Source: Candidatus Nomurabacteria bacterium RIFCSPLOWO2_01_FULL_39_18
GTDB taxonomy: Bacteria; Patescibacteriota; Minisyncoccia; Phycocordibacterales; UBA9973
Direction of reading: 5' to 3'
Assembly: GCA_001787005.1 (NCBI GenBank)
Contig: MFUV01000004.1
Location: 911 to 64,910, forward strand
Length of the DNA: 64,000 bases
Part shown: positions 1 through 9,416 of the stretch, piece by piece
Layout: every line of letters starts with the position of its first letter
How positions within the stretch are numbered: position 1 is the stretch's first letter
Position numbers and translations under genes: made by a program
Notes under the pieces: model-generated
Database searches by the model: none
What the model saw: the letters and a program-made list of their open reading frames with translations, nothing else
What the model was told of the DNA's origin: nothing

Positions 1-113
1 CAACCGTATATTTAGAAAGATGGAAGCCCATCGCCAGCCTGCCGGCGTATTTCGTAGCCATCGTTGAACCTTTGATGACCATATACAACGCCACAAAAAA
101 AATAAATAAATTA

Positions 114-2729
114 TTAAGCATAATTTCTTTGAGAACTAGCTTGCCTGTTTCTGAAAAACCACTTTGCCCCTTCAATCAGAACAATGTTCAGCACACCAAT
201 CATGGCGACACCAATCACCCAGGGAAGTGGCAGAGCGACTGTATAAAAAATGGCTTGCAATCCAGGATAATAAATGGCCGCGGCCATCAGAACAAGGCCG
301 ATAACAATGCCTCCGTTAAGATATTTATTTGAAAAAAGTGAATAAGACAGAATGCTTTTATCTAAACTCCGCACCGAAAGGGCCACGAGCAGAGTGTACG
401 TGCCGAAAGCCGCAAAGATGAAAGTACGTACAGTGGCTTCATCGTGGCCGAGCCGTATCAGAACAAAATAAATAACAAAGAGCAGGATACTAGTGGATAG
501 ACCGATAGCCAGAATAAGGAATTTCATGACTGGGTCGAAAAGTTTTATCTTGCCTCTCTTTAGCGGTTTGTGCCTAAGACCGTCTCCATCTTTTTCGAAA
601 GCAAACGAGATAGCCGGAAAACTGTCGGTAAAGAAGTTGACCCAAAGAATTTGAAGCGGGTTTAGAGGCAGAGGCAAACCAGTCAAAAGCGATCCGCCGA
701 TTAGAATTAAGCCGTCAGTAACATTAGAAAGAAGATATACAAGCACTTTGCGAATGTTGCCGAGAATCTGTCGACCCTCTTCGATAGCCGCCACAATGGT
801 TTCGAAGTTGTCATCGAGAAGCACCAGGTCGGCAACGCTTTGCGCCACTTCTGTGCCAGAACCCATGGCGATGCCCACGTCGGCTTGCTTGATAGAGGGC
901 GCATCGTTCACCCCATCCCCAGTCATGGCCACCACCTCGCCTATTTCTTGGTAGAGCTTGGCGATACGAAGTTTGTCGAACGGCGTAACGCGGGAAATAA
1001 CAGTGAGTTTCGGCAATCGTTCTCGCAAGACCTCTTCCGAGAGCCCCGCAAGCTCGGACGCATCAAGCACTGAATGATTGTCGACCCTTATGCCAATTTC
1101 TCTGGCAACGGTCAGAGCCGTTCCTCGATGGTCACCGGTCAATATCACCGTCTTAATGCCAGCATCGCCGACTCTCTCTATGGCGTGCTTGATACCCGGC
1201 CTGATGGGATCGCGAAATGTAATGAGACCACCAAATGACAGATGCGAGAGTGATAAATTTTTTGAAAATGAAAAGTTTTCTGTGTGAATAATTTCTTTGG
1301 TCGCAACACCCAGCACACGTTCTCCGGAGAATGCGAGAGAATCAATCTGCTCTAACAATGCTTCCTTTTCTTTTACTCCGAGTGAAGAATGATTTAGTAG
1401 AATATCGGGTGCGCCGAAAAAGACAAGCAGGTGTTTGCTAGATTCTTTAATTAAAGACACAGAGAATTTCTGCACCGCGTTAAACGGCATAGTTTGGAGA
1501 ACATGTTTTTTGTTTGTTATCTCGGCAAAGGTCATCCCCCGAAGACCAGCCGATCGAACAAGCGACGTCTCCATTATTCTGCCATTCATGCGCCACAATT
1601 CTGGATCTTCGTGTGGATTTTCTATTAAAACATCTGCATTAGTTAGAGCCTGGAGAATAAGCTTCTGTTCGTCAATACCGAAAGGAATAACCTTGGACAT
1701 CACCATCTTCGCCATTGTTAAAGTTCCAGTTTTATCCGTAAGGATGACCGTGGTACTGCCGAGAGCTTCGGCGGCCACAAGCTTCCTGACAACGCCCTTA
1801 CGTTTAGCCATACGCTCCACCCCAACTGCTAAAATAACAGTTAAAGATACTGGCAACCCTTCTGGAATGGCTGACACAGCAATGGCGACGGAAGTGAGAA
1901 ACATGCTAAGGACTGAATAACCAGCGAGAACCCCAATTCCAAATACAACAAGAGTCAAAATACCAAGAGCGATACTCGAATAGATGCTGAAACTGATAAT
2001 GGCTTTTTGAAGAGGCGTTTTCTCGTTCTCGGAAGTTGCAATGAGTGAAGCAATCTTGCCAATTTCAGTGCTTGAATCGGTACGGCAGACGATGGCAGCG
2101 CACACTCCCTGAATGACTAGTGTGCCGGCAAATACCATAGAATCTTGATCTGAAATTCCGGCTGATTCTGGTGATGGATTGCTTGATTTGGCTACTGGTA
2201 AGGACTCCCCAGTCAGCACCGCTTCGTCAACCTGGAAGTCGTTCACAAATATCACCCTCGCATCGCCTGGCACTCGGTCGCCCTGGGCTAGACGGATGAT
2301 GTCGCCGGGCACTATCTCCTCCGCGTCAATCTCTCGCTCCTTCCCTTCCCTGATTACTCTTGCTCGTTGTTTGAGATATGTCTTCAATTCAGAAAGCGCG
2401 CGCTCGGCTTTGTTTTCCTGATAGAAGCCCAGAGTGGAATTAACTAACACAGCGAAAAAAATAAAAATAGTGTCCCGATAGTGAGAAATTAAAAGTGTTA
2501 TGATGCCGGTAACGATCAGAACGAGGATTAGGGGACTCTTCAATTGATTCAGGAATATTTTCAGCCTAACCGCCTTTCGCGATGAACTTATGGTGTTCCT
2601 GCCAAAAATTGACAAGCGGTCTTTGGCTTCTTCTCCGGACAAACCTTTTTCAAGGTCAGTCTCCAACAGACGCATCGCCTCGGACGATGATAGATGCCAA
2701 AAATTTTTGTTTTGTATTTCTATTAGCAA
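114..2729 (-). CDS. Cation-transporting P-type ATPase (Ca2+/Mg2+, type II-like)
   Basis: 871 aa with the DKTGTLT phosphorylation motif, the TGDGVNDAPS hinge motif and an N-terminal cation-ATPase-like region. Confidence 0.9.
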   Translation of the reverse strand: MLIEIQNKNFWHLSSSEAMRLLETDLEKGLSGEEAKDRLSIFGRNTISSSRKAVRLKIFLNQLKSPLILVLIVTGIITLLISHYRDTIFIFFAVLVNSTLGFYQENKAERALSELKTYLKQRARVIREGKEREIDAEEIVPGDIIRLAQGDRVPGDARVIFVNDFQVDEAVLTGESLPVAKSSNPSPESAGISDQDSMVFAGTLVIQGVCAAIVCRTDSSTEIGKIASLIATSENEKTPLQKAIISFSIYSSIALGILTLVVFGIGVLAGYSVLSMFLTSVAIAVSAIPEGLPVSLTVILAVGVERMAKRKGVVRKLVAAEALGSTTVILTDKTGTLTMAKMVMSKVIPFGIDEQKLILQALTNADVLIENPHEDPELWRMNGRIMETSLVRSAGLRGMTFAEITNKKHVLQTMPFNAVQKFSVSLIKESSKHLLVFFGAPDILLNHSSLGVKEKEALLEQIDSLAFSGERVLGVATKEIIHTENFSFSKNLSLSHLSFGGLITFRDPIRPGIKHAIERVGDAGIKTVILTGDHRGTALTVAREIGIRVDNHSVLDASELAGLSEEVLRERLPKLTVISRVTPFDKLRIAKLYQEIGEVVAMTGDGVNDAPSIKQADVGIAMGSGTEVAQSVADLVLLDDNFETIVAAIEEGRQILGNIRKVLVYLLSNVTDGLILIGGSLLTGLPLPLNPLQILWVNFFTDSFPAISFAFEKDGDGLRHKPLKRGKIKLFDPVMKFLILAIGLSTSILLFVIYFVLIRLGHDEATVRTFIFAAFGTYTLLVALSVRSLDKSILSYSLFSNKYLNGGIVIGLVLMAAAIYYPGLQAIFYTVALPLPWVIGVAMIGVLNIVLIEGAKWFFRNRQASSQRNYA

Positions 2730-2858
2730 ATTGTGGACCGTACAGGACTCTAGATTATTATATGATCAAGTATACCTTTTCAATTTGCTGAGAGTCAAGA
2801 TCCAAAAATTTGCATAATTAAGAAAATAAGCTAGAATGTTGCTATCTGGGCCGTTAGC

Positions 2859-3145
2859 CCCTCACCCAGAAATCATGCATTATATTTATGTATTAAAAAG
2901 TGTTATATTGGGTGAGTTATATATCGGACAAACAAATGATCTTAAACGGCGTTTTGCTGAACATAATGGCAAGAAAAACATTTCAACAAAACACAAAGCT
3001 CCGTTTAAGCTCGTTTATTACGAAGCTTATAAATCCCGGTCTGATGCTGTGTATCGTGAAAAGCAACTAAAGAAACATTCACAAGCTTATGTTGCCCTAA
3101 GAGAAAGAATAAAAAACAGCATTGCATGATTTCTGGGTAGAGGGG
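2859..3145. mobile_element. Small inverted-repeat-bounded element carrying a GIY-YIG nuclease gene, inserted at the 5' end of tRNA-Ala
   Basis: Near-identical 22-23 bp terminal inverted repeats: cccctcacccagaaatcatgca at 2859-2880 and tgcatgatttctgggtagagggg at 3123-3145. An 11-bp direct repeat GGGCCGTTAGC lies at 2848-2858 and 3143-3153. The second copy is the 5' end of the tRNA. Confidence 0.5.
2875..3129 (+). CDS. GIY-YIG nuclease family protein (UPF0213-like)
   Basis: Contains YIYVLKS...GELYIGQTNDLKRRFAEHN, a GIY-YIG motif. The start is taken at the internal M (MHYIYV), which overlaps the left inverted repeat. The TGA stop lies inside the right inverted repeat. Confidence 0.75.
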   Translation: MHYIYVLKSVILGELYIGQTNDLKRRFAEHNGKKNISTKHKAPFKLVYYEAYKSRSDAVYREKQLKKHSQAYVALRERIKNSIA

Positions 3146-3215
3146 CCGTTAGCTCATCTGGTAGAGCACCTCATTTGCAATGAGGGGGTGGCAGGTTCGA
3201 GTCCTGTACGGTCCA
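3143..3215 (+). tRNA. tRNA-Ala (anticodon UGC)
   Basis: Manual cloverleaf fold. Acceptor stem GGGCCGT/ACGGTCC with the G3:U70 pair, anticodon loop TTTGCAA, T-loop TTCGAGT. CCA is not encoded. Confidence 0.9.
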
Positions 3216-3251
3216 CAAAAAAATTAGCTTTTAAGCACATTTTTTGGTAGC

Positions 3252-3989
3252 ATGAACATTTTTGAAAAATTTACCAATAGAAAATCCAAAACAGTAGAAC
3301 AGGATCAAAAAATATTACCATCTGATATAAGATACGCTCTACAATACAAAAAGAGTCTACTAAACAGGATAGATATAGAAACTTTGGTCAGAAATAATTT
3401 CGAAAATGAGGCACTTTATCTGACATTTAAAAGTTTAACAGAAAATCCGGAACAACACAGAACTTTGCTTGAAAAATGTATTTCTTGTGTTTTAGAAAGT
3501 GGTAATGACACAAAAACTCAAAAAAACACTTTGCAAAAACTTATACTTGAAGCATTGGGAAATAGAAATGACATCCAAGTAAAGGGGGGTAAGTTGGCCC
3601 AACTATCTCGTCAGGGATTTGATCTTTGGCAAGATAAATTCAAACTCGTGGCTTCCCAATTAAGCGATGATGACAGAAATGTATTTTTGGTAACTAATCC
3701 CATGCTTATTGGTTTAAGTTCTTTTGTGCAGGCTTTTTCTGAAAAAAATAAAACATTAAATATAGTAGTGCCCGCATGGCTAGAAAAAGAAAATATGGGA
3801 TATGTTGTTACTTTTGCTGGTGGAAAAATGAATGTGGAATGGTTACGGAAACCTTTTGATAAAAGAGATTTGGTTATAATTGATGATACTAGAAACACAG
3901 GGGACACCCTAGAAAGAATACGGGATTATTTCGTGAAAAATGGTTCTCAAGAGCCAGAGATGTTGGACATGGACAAGATGATAACTTAA
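3252..3989 (+). CDS. Hypothetical protein with a C-terminal phosphoribosyltransferase-like motif
   Basis: 245 aa. The C-terminal segment VIIDDTRNTGDTLERI resembles the PRTase PRPP-binding loop. The N-terminal part was not recognised. Confidence 0.4.
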   Translation: MNIFEKFTNRKSKTVEQDQKILPSDIRYALQYKKSLLNRIDIETLVRNNFENEALYLTFKSLTENPEQHRTLLEKCISCVLESGNDTKTQKNTLQKLILEALGNRNDIQVKGGKLAQLSRQGFDLWQDKFKLVASQLSDDDRNVFLVTNPMLIGLSSFVQAFSEKNKTLNIVVPAWLEKENMGYVVTFAGGKMNVEWLRKPFDKRDLVIIDDTRNTGDTLERIRDYFVKNGSQEPEMLDMDKMIT

Positions 3990-4009
3990 AAAATTTACCA
4001 AATTAACTC

Positions 4010-4741
4010 ATGCCCCAAGAATTTAGATTCTCGAAAAATGTTACCACTCTAATCAACATCCCCCTGGGCGGGCTTTTTGCAATGATTCAGGCTTTGTTTT
4101 TTATAAACGGATTGCTGTGGCTAGCAGGCATAATTTTTGCCACAGATATTAATATAATATTCTGGCTGATTTGTTTTGTTGGTATATTCATCTGCGCTTT
4201 CTTTACATCGCTTTGCGGTCTCTTGGAGTTGAAATGGAGCGCCGTCATCATGGGCACGATAGCAGGGTTAGTGTTCGTCAAAGCAACTGGAGAATTCACG
4301 CAGTTTCAGTTATTTTTCTCTTTATTCACCACGACACTGGCAACATATATTTTTTCAATGTTCCCGGAGATAAAATTAAAAAAGCCTGATTTTATAAATA
4401 ATTTAAATATAATAATCGCAGGACACGTCTTCTGCGACATTATTGTCATGATTAGTTTATTCGCCTCAATCTGGGTGGGGTGGATAAGGCCTTTTGTTTT
4501 GATTGAGATTCTAATTATCATCCTTGCTTGGTATATATTAGGCGGATGCCCTTTCACGGTCGTGGAAGTAAAATTAAATGATAGTAGCGCAAAAAAGATC
4601 ATCCAACATGGATTCCTAGTTTATTACGGAAGATCATATTTGGGACTGAAGATAGATGAGCTCAAATTTGAAACAATGCTAGACCACGTTTTCTATGTTG
4701 GCACAGCTATAATTTTCCTCCTGTGGTTTGTCCTACCGTAA
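4010..4741 (+). CDS. Hypothetical integral membrane protein
   Basis: 243 aa with multiple hydrophobic helices and no recognised motif. Confidence 0.4.
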   Translation: MPQEFRFSKNVTTLINIPLGGLFAMIQALFFINGLLWLAGIIFATDINIIFWLICFVGIFICAFFTSLCGLLELKWSAVIMGTIAGLVFVKATGEFTQFQLFFSLFTTTLATYIFSMFPEIKLKKPDFINNLNIIIAGHVFCDIIVMISLFASIWVGWIRPFVLIEILIIILAWYILGGCPFTVVEVKLNDSSAKKIIQHGFLVYYGRSYLGLKIDELKFETMLDHVFYVGTAIIFLLWFVLP

Positions 4742-4756
4742 AAATTCAAAGAATTC

Positions 4757-6196
4757 CTAGAATTTATTCCAGAGCACCTGATTGGTTACCTCGTGGTGAT
4801 AGACAATCTCGGAGGATTTGATGAGCGCCCCGAGAGCCTTGGGGCTGCGGTCAGCCGCCATCTGTTTAAATTCTGTAAATTTTTCTTGGTTAGTCCGGTT
4901 TAGAATTTTACCGACGAAATCGCTGGCCTTGAAGAGTTTGATCGCGTCATTGATGTTGTCTGGCAAGACCCGCACCCTGTCCCGCTTTTCTTTATCTTTA
5001 ACGAGAAGCTGGCCCTCCAGCCCAGTTTTTAAGATTGTAAAAAGCGCCATGTAAGGATTCGCATCCGGAGCAACAGAGCGGACTTCGATGCGGGTGGAGC
5101 GTTCATTGCCCACAGGAATACGTATCATCGAACCGCGGTCAATTGGAGAGACTTTGATCTGGTTGGGCGCTTCGAAGTGCGGGTCGAGCCGGCGATAAGC
5201 GTTCACGCTCGAATTCAAAACCAAGCAGATTTCCGAGGCATGATTTAAAATTCTCGAAATAAAATCCCAAGCAATCTCTGACAAGCCTTCCTTGCCCTTT
5301 GTATTATAAAATATATTTTTCCCGCCTTTAGAGAGTGAAATGTTCGTATGCATGCCAGAACCGTTGATGCCGATGAAGGGCTTCGGCAAGAAAGTCGCCG
5401 TAATGCCCAGATTGTTGGCGACTTGACGGCAGACCAGTTTGTAGAGCTGGATATTATCCGCGGCCCGTAGAATGTCTGTATAAGAAAAGTTCATTTCAAA
5501 CTGCGAAGGCGCCACTTCCGGATGGTCCTTTTCATTCTTGAAACCCATCGCCCTTTGCGCTTCGGCGGCGCGATCGATAAATTGGCGGAGTCGATCAAGC
5601 GGCAATGAATGATAGTACCCGCCAGTTGAAATAAATTGAAAGGAGCCTGTTTCTTCATACCTCTGTTCAGCGTTAATTCCATCAACCAGAAACCCCTCCA
5701 CTTCTGCCGAGACATATGCCGTTATTCCGCTTTTCTTCTTGAGCGCTTCTCCATAGAGCTTGAGCTGACTGCGAAAATCAGAAACGTACGGGGTGTGGTC
5801 TCTATTTAAGACATCCACAAACATAATAACTTTGCCAGGACCAAAAACATCCGACGGGAGATACCTGATGCTCCCCCAATTAATAGCGAGGCGGAGGTCA
5901 GACTCATGTTGCTGGCTAAAACCACGAATAGATGAGCCGTCAAAGGTCAGGTTATTGGCCGAATCTAGGAGAAACTTTTTATCATAATCAAGCATATGGA
6001 ATCTGCCCTCTAAATCCGTAAAACAGAGCGTCACTGCTTTAATCCTTTTTTCTTTTTGCAAATATGCGCGATATTCCCTCTCGAGCAAAGCTTCACTCAC
6101 CTTCTCTCTCCGGTCTTTAGCTCGGAGATTCATCGCCTCAAGGTCATCGTAGGAGATCTCTAAAAAATTCTTCAATTCTTTCTTTATTCCATTCAT
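4757..6196 (-). CDS. glnA: Glutamine synthetase
   Basis: 479 aa carrying the glutamine-synthetase ATP-binding signature KPFIGINGSGMHTNISL. Confidence 0.9.
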   Translation of the reverse strand: MNGIKKELKNFLEISYDDLEAMNLRAKDRREKVSEALLEREYRAYLQKEKRIKAVTLCFTDLEGRFHMLDYDKKFLLDSANNLTFDGSSIRGFSQQHESDLRLAINWGSIRYLPSDVFGPGKVIMFVDVLNRDHTPYVSDFRSQLKLYGEALKKKSGITAYVSAEVEGFLVDGINAEQRYEETGSFQFISTGGYYHSLPLDRLRQFIDRAAEAQRAMGFKNEKDHPEVAPSQFEMNFSYTDILRAADNIQLYKLVCRQVANNLGITATFLPKPFIGINGSGMHTNISLSKGGKNIFYNTKGKEGLSEIAWDFISRILNHASEICLVLNSSVNAYRRLDPHFEAPNQIKVSPIDRGSMIRIPVGNERSTRIEVRSVAPDANPYMALFTILKTGLEGQLLVKDKEKRDRVRVLPDNINDAIKLFKASDFVGKILNRTNQEKFTEFKQMAADRSPKALGALIKSSEIVYHHEVTNQVLWNKF

Positions 6197-6305
6197 ATTT
6201 TTTATGTTAATTTGATAAATATTTAATATAAAAATATACTAAATTAAACTAATAATACTATATTAAAATATAAAAAAAACTCGTTCGTAAGCTAAGTATC
6301 TGTGG

Positions 6306-6392
6306 ATAACCCGGTAGTAGAGCTTGGCGATGTTTTTTGAAAAAACGCACTTCGTGCCTCGCCAAGTCTCACTACCGGGTAACTCATAAAAC
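6306..6392. repeat. Long imperfect hairpin element, copy 1, in the glnA 5' leader
   Basis: A ~22-bp stem, acccggtagtagagcttggcga / tcgccaagtctcactaccgggt, with an internal A·C/A·C mismatch loop. The same element recurs at 62357-62432. Confidence 0.5.
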
Positions 6393-6398
6393 AAAACC

Positions 6399-6425
6399 CC
6401 GCCTTGCGGCGGGGTTTTGCGGCAC
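6399..6425. terminator. GC hairpin with flanking A/T tracts (possible bidirectional terminator in the glnA leader)
   Basis: Sequence aaaaccccgccttgcggcggggtttt. Confidence 0.5.
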
Positions 6426-6498
6426 ATACATTGTTTACGATAAGTGCGAGAATTGCCTCACACACTCACAAGGGTAGTATAGCATACTTGCCAAAGAA

Positions 6499-6528
6499 TT
6501 GCAAGGAAAGTAGAAATGTGCTATAATG
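6499..6528 (+). promoter_or_regulatory. Sigma70-like promoter for the RNase P RNA
   Basis: TTGCAA at 6499-6504, an 18-nt spacer, then TATAAT at 6523-6528. An apparent divergent TTGCAA-17-TGcTATACT promoter overlaps it on the minus strand, facing glnA. Confidence 0.45.
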
Positions 6529-6530
6529 GC

Positions 6531-6860
6531 GGGGTAGGTGTTGGATAGCTACTCTATAATGTAAGTTGTAGAGAGGAAAGTCCGAACACAGTTTACCCCG
6601 TATTTATGCGGGGCGAAAAATGAGTAGTGGGTAACGCCCGCATGTAGTGATGCATAGTTGCGAACAGTGACGAACCGATTTAGTTCGGGTGAAACGGCTA
6701 AATACTTACTTCTGTGCAAGATCGTGTCCAGCCCCACTTTTAATAAAGTGGGGCTGGGAGAATCGCTTGAGCCCGAGAGTAATCGAGGGCCTAGACAAAT
6801 TGCTATCGTCCCCGACCTTGGTCGAGGACCACAGAATTCGGCTTATAGACACCTACAACA
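6531..6860 (+). ncRNA. rnpB: RNase P RNA, bacterial type
   Basis: The P4 strands are present: AGAGGAAAGUCCGAACAC at 6572-6589 and ACAGAAUUCGGCUUAUAG at 6831-6848. P1 pairs gtaggtgt (6534-6541) with acacctac (6849-6856). A promoter lies upstream and a terminator downstream. Confidence 0.85.
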
Positions 6861-6871
6861 AAAATGAGAGT

Positions 6872-6897
6872 CCCCCGCCCAAAGCGGGGGATTTTCT
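6872..6897 (+). terminator. Intrinsic terminator after rnpB
   Basis: Hairpin cccccgcccaaagcggggg followed by attttcttt. Confidence 0.7.
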
Positions 6898-6940
6898 TTA
6901 GAAAAATATTGTGTTATTATGCCTTTATAATATTATTTTT

Positions 6941-7960
6941 ATGACGAATCTTCCTACATTAGAATTCATTCTGAAGAATTATAAAAACTTCAACTCGCGA
7001 GCAACTCGTGATGCCTTAATTGCCTATTGGAAGCACATCGAGGGCGGCGGCAAGATGTTCTGGAGTGTAGCAGGAGCCATGTCTTCCGCCCAGCTTGGCA
7101 TCACGCTCGCTCCTGCGATCAGGAGTGGGCTTATTCATGGCATGTCCGTTACTGGCGCAAATCTAGAAGAATCCCTCTTCCGCCTCGTAGCGCATGATAG
7201 CTATAAAGATTTCCCAGACTACCGCTACTTCACCAAAGAGTATGATACGAAAATTTTAGAAGACGGCATGCGCCGGGTCACAGACACTAGCATCCCAGAG
7301 GATGAAGCATTTCGAGCGGTTGAAAAGCAGTTAGTGCCTGCATGGGTGGGAGCAACAAAGGAGGGTACTCGAAAATTCTGGCATGAATATTTCTACGAAC
7401 TAATCAAGGCAATAGATAAAAGCAAACATGAGGGTAGTACGGAAGAATGCTGGCTCCTAGCCGCTGCAGAGGGCAATATCCCGATGGTTGTGCCGGGCTA
7501 CGAAGATTCTACGTTTGGAAACATTTTTGCTTCACATGTGAAGCTGGGCGATGCAAGCGCCAATATAGCTAAAAGCGGCATAGAGTACATGGGCGCATTC
7601 TATGATCAATACCAAAAGCTCTCGGAAGGCACTGGCGTCGGCTTTTTCCAAATTGGAGGAGGTATTGCGGGGGACTTCCCTATCTGCGTCGTCCCATCGA
7701 TCAAATATGACATGAAGCTCCCTGTGAAGCCTTGGGCTTATTTCTGCCAAATTTCAGATTCAACGACTTCCTACGGTTCATATTCCGGCGCCACCCCGAA
7801 CGAAAAAATAACTTGGGACAAATTGACCAAGGATACTCCGATGTTCGTGATAGAGTCGGATGCCACCATCGTTGCCCCCCTCATTCTGACTGCCCTTCTA
7901 GAATGCAAAGCAGACCCTGCAGAGGCAAATAAATTAATAGATAAATACTTGGCAGAATAA
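6941..7960 (+). CDS. Deoxyhypusine synthase-like protein (possible homospermidine synthase)
   Basis: Weak motif similarity to the deoxyhypusine synthase family (segment AGAMSSAQLG...GMSVTGANLEESLF). Lies immediately upstream of an agmatinase gene. Confidence 0.55.
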   Translation: MTNLPTLEFILKNYKNFNSRATRDALIAYWKHIEGGGKMFWSVAGAMSSAQLGITLAPAIRSGLIHGMSVTGANLEESLFRLVAHDSYKDFPDYRYFTKEYDTKILEDGMRRVTDTSIPEDEAFRAVEKQLVPAWVGATKEGTRKFWHEYFYELIKAIDKSKHEGSTEECWLLAAAEGNIPMVVPGYEDSTFGNIFASHVKLGDASANIAKSGIEYMGAFYDQYQKLSEGTGVGFFQIGGGIAGDFPICVVPSIKYDMKLPVKPWAYFCQISDSTTSYGSYSGATPNEKITWDKLTKDTPMFVIESDATIVAPLILTALLECKADPAEANKLIDKYLAE

Positions 7961-7964
7961 AATC

Positions 7965-8873
7965 ATGAAAATTAAGACAATGAAACATGGCTTTTTGGGC
8001 ACAGACCAAGGGGTTAGGTTCGATGTTGACTATGTAAAAGCGAAAGCGGTGATTATCCCTTTTGGCATGGAAGCACACGTTTCTTATGGAGCGGGAACAA
8101 AAAATGGCCCTAAGGCAATCCTTAAAGCCAGCCATGAGCTAAACGAAAATGACGAGCAAACATTGCAAGCTGTGTATAAATGCGGCCTTTCCACTTTGAA
8201 AGAACCGAAAATCCCAAAAGATTCTGCCAAAGCCATTAAGCTTTTAAAAGAAACAACTAAAAAAGTTTTAGAAGATAAAAAGTTCCCGGTTATCTTGGGA
8301 GGAGAACATGCTCTCCTCTCTGGTTCACTTGGTGCTGTCTGCGAGCACTTCCATGATGTAAGTATTTTGCATTTTGATGCTCACGCTGATCTCCGGAAAA
8401 AATATCGCGGATCAATACACAGCCATGCTTCCGCCTTAAGAAGGGCTATGGAAAACCTACCAATTAAACGCCTGGTTTCCGTAGGCATAAGAACTGTTAG
8501 TGAAGTAGATGATGAACTCGGCTTTATTTTACGAGAGAAAAAAAGGCTTAAAATTTTTTGGGGTTGGGAAAAACTTTTAGCAAAAAAAATAGTGGTTGCT
8601 ATACCGACAAAAAATGTCTATATCACTTTTGATGTAGATGCTTTTGACCTATCGATTATGCCTTCTACTGGCACGCCCGAACCTGGTGGACTTACGTGGT
8701 GGCAAACAGTAGAAATACTAAAGCTAGCTTTTAGAGAAAAAAATGTGGTCGGCTTTGATGTGGTAGAACACTCGCCTATCAAAAACTTACCTGGACCAGA
8801 CTTTCTGGTAGCGCGCTTGATTTATAAGATGATTGGTTATAAATTTTTTAGCACTAAAACCAAGGCGAAATAA
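7965..8873 (+). CDS. speB: Agmatinase / arginase-family ureohydrolase
   Basis: Arginase-family motifs GGEHAL, HFDAHADL and TFDVDAFD. Confidence 0.85.
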   Translation: MKIKTMKHGFLGTDQGVRFDVDYVKAKAVIIPFGMEAHVSYGAGTKNGPKAILKASHELNENDEQTLQAVYKCGLSTLKEPKIPKDSAKAIKLLKETTKKVLEDKKFPVILGGEHALLSGSLGAVCEHFHDVSILHFDAHADLRKKYRGSIHSHASALRRAMENLPIKRLVSVGIRTVSEVDDELGFILREKKRLKIFWGWEKLLAKKIVVAIPTKNVYITFDVDAFDLSIMPSTGTPEPGGLTWWQTVEILKLAFREKNVVGFDVVEHSPIKNLPGPDFLVARLIYKMIGYKFFSTKTKAK

Positions 8874-8885
8874 AGCTCTAACCGA

Positions 8886-9416
8886 TTAGTAACCAAATTC
8901 TACCTTATCTCCTACTTTTAAATTATATTTATCGGAAAATCCAGCCACCACTTCAAGAACATACTTAGCATCCTCGTCGGGTTCATAGGTTTCTAGAAAT
9001 AAATCCGGGTGGGCGTTTTGCTTTATGTAGACTACTCGCATATCCTCGTTAATCCAGATTATGTCTATCGGGAAATACATGTTTTTCATCCAGAAAAGAT
9101 ATTTATCGGGACGATCGAAGACGAAGAGCATGCCTGTGTCCTCTGCCATACTTCTCCTACCGGAGAGCCCCTCTCCACGAGTAGCCTCGGTGAGGGCAAG
9201 ATCCACTTTAATATTCTGCCCGGCTACCTCTATGCTCTCAATCTGTGAAAATCTATACTCCGTCGAACCACGGCTAATAAATATAAAAGCGACAAGCAAA
9301 AAAACTAAAACGGTAAGAGCCGAAAAATTTTCTTTCTTCTCTGTTTTATTTATGGTCTCCATTTGTCCAACCAAAGAGTCGTCCAATTGCTTCTGCTGTT
9401 TCTCGTTTGCGTGCAA
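8886..9416 (-). CDS. DUF192 (COG1430) family protein with an N-terminal membrane anchor
   Basis: Segments GMLFVFDRP...FWMKNMYFPIDIIWI match the DUF192 pattern. Confidence 0.55.
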   Translation of the reverse strand: MHANEKQQKQLDDSLVGQMETINKTEKKENFSALTVLVFLLVAFIFISRGSTEYRFSQIESIEVAGQNIKVDLALTEATRGEGLSGRRSMAEDTGMLFVFDRPDKYLFWMKNMYFPIDIIWINEDMRVVYIKQNAHPDLFLETYEPDEDAKYVLEVVAGFSDKYNLKVGDKVEFGY

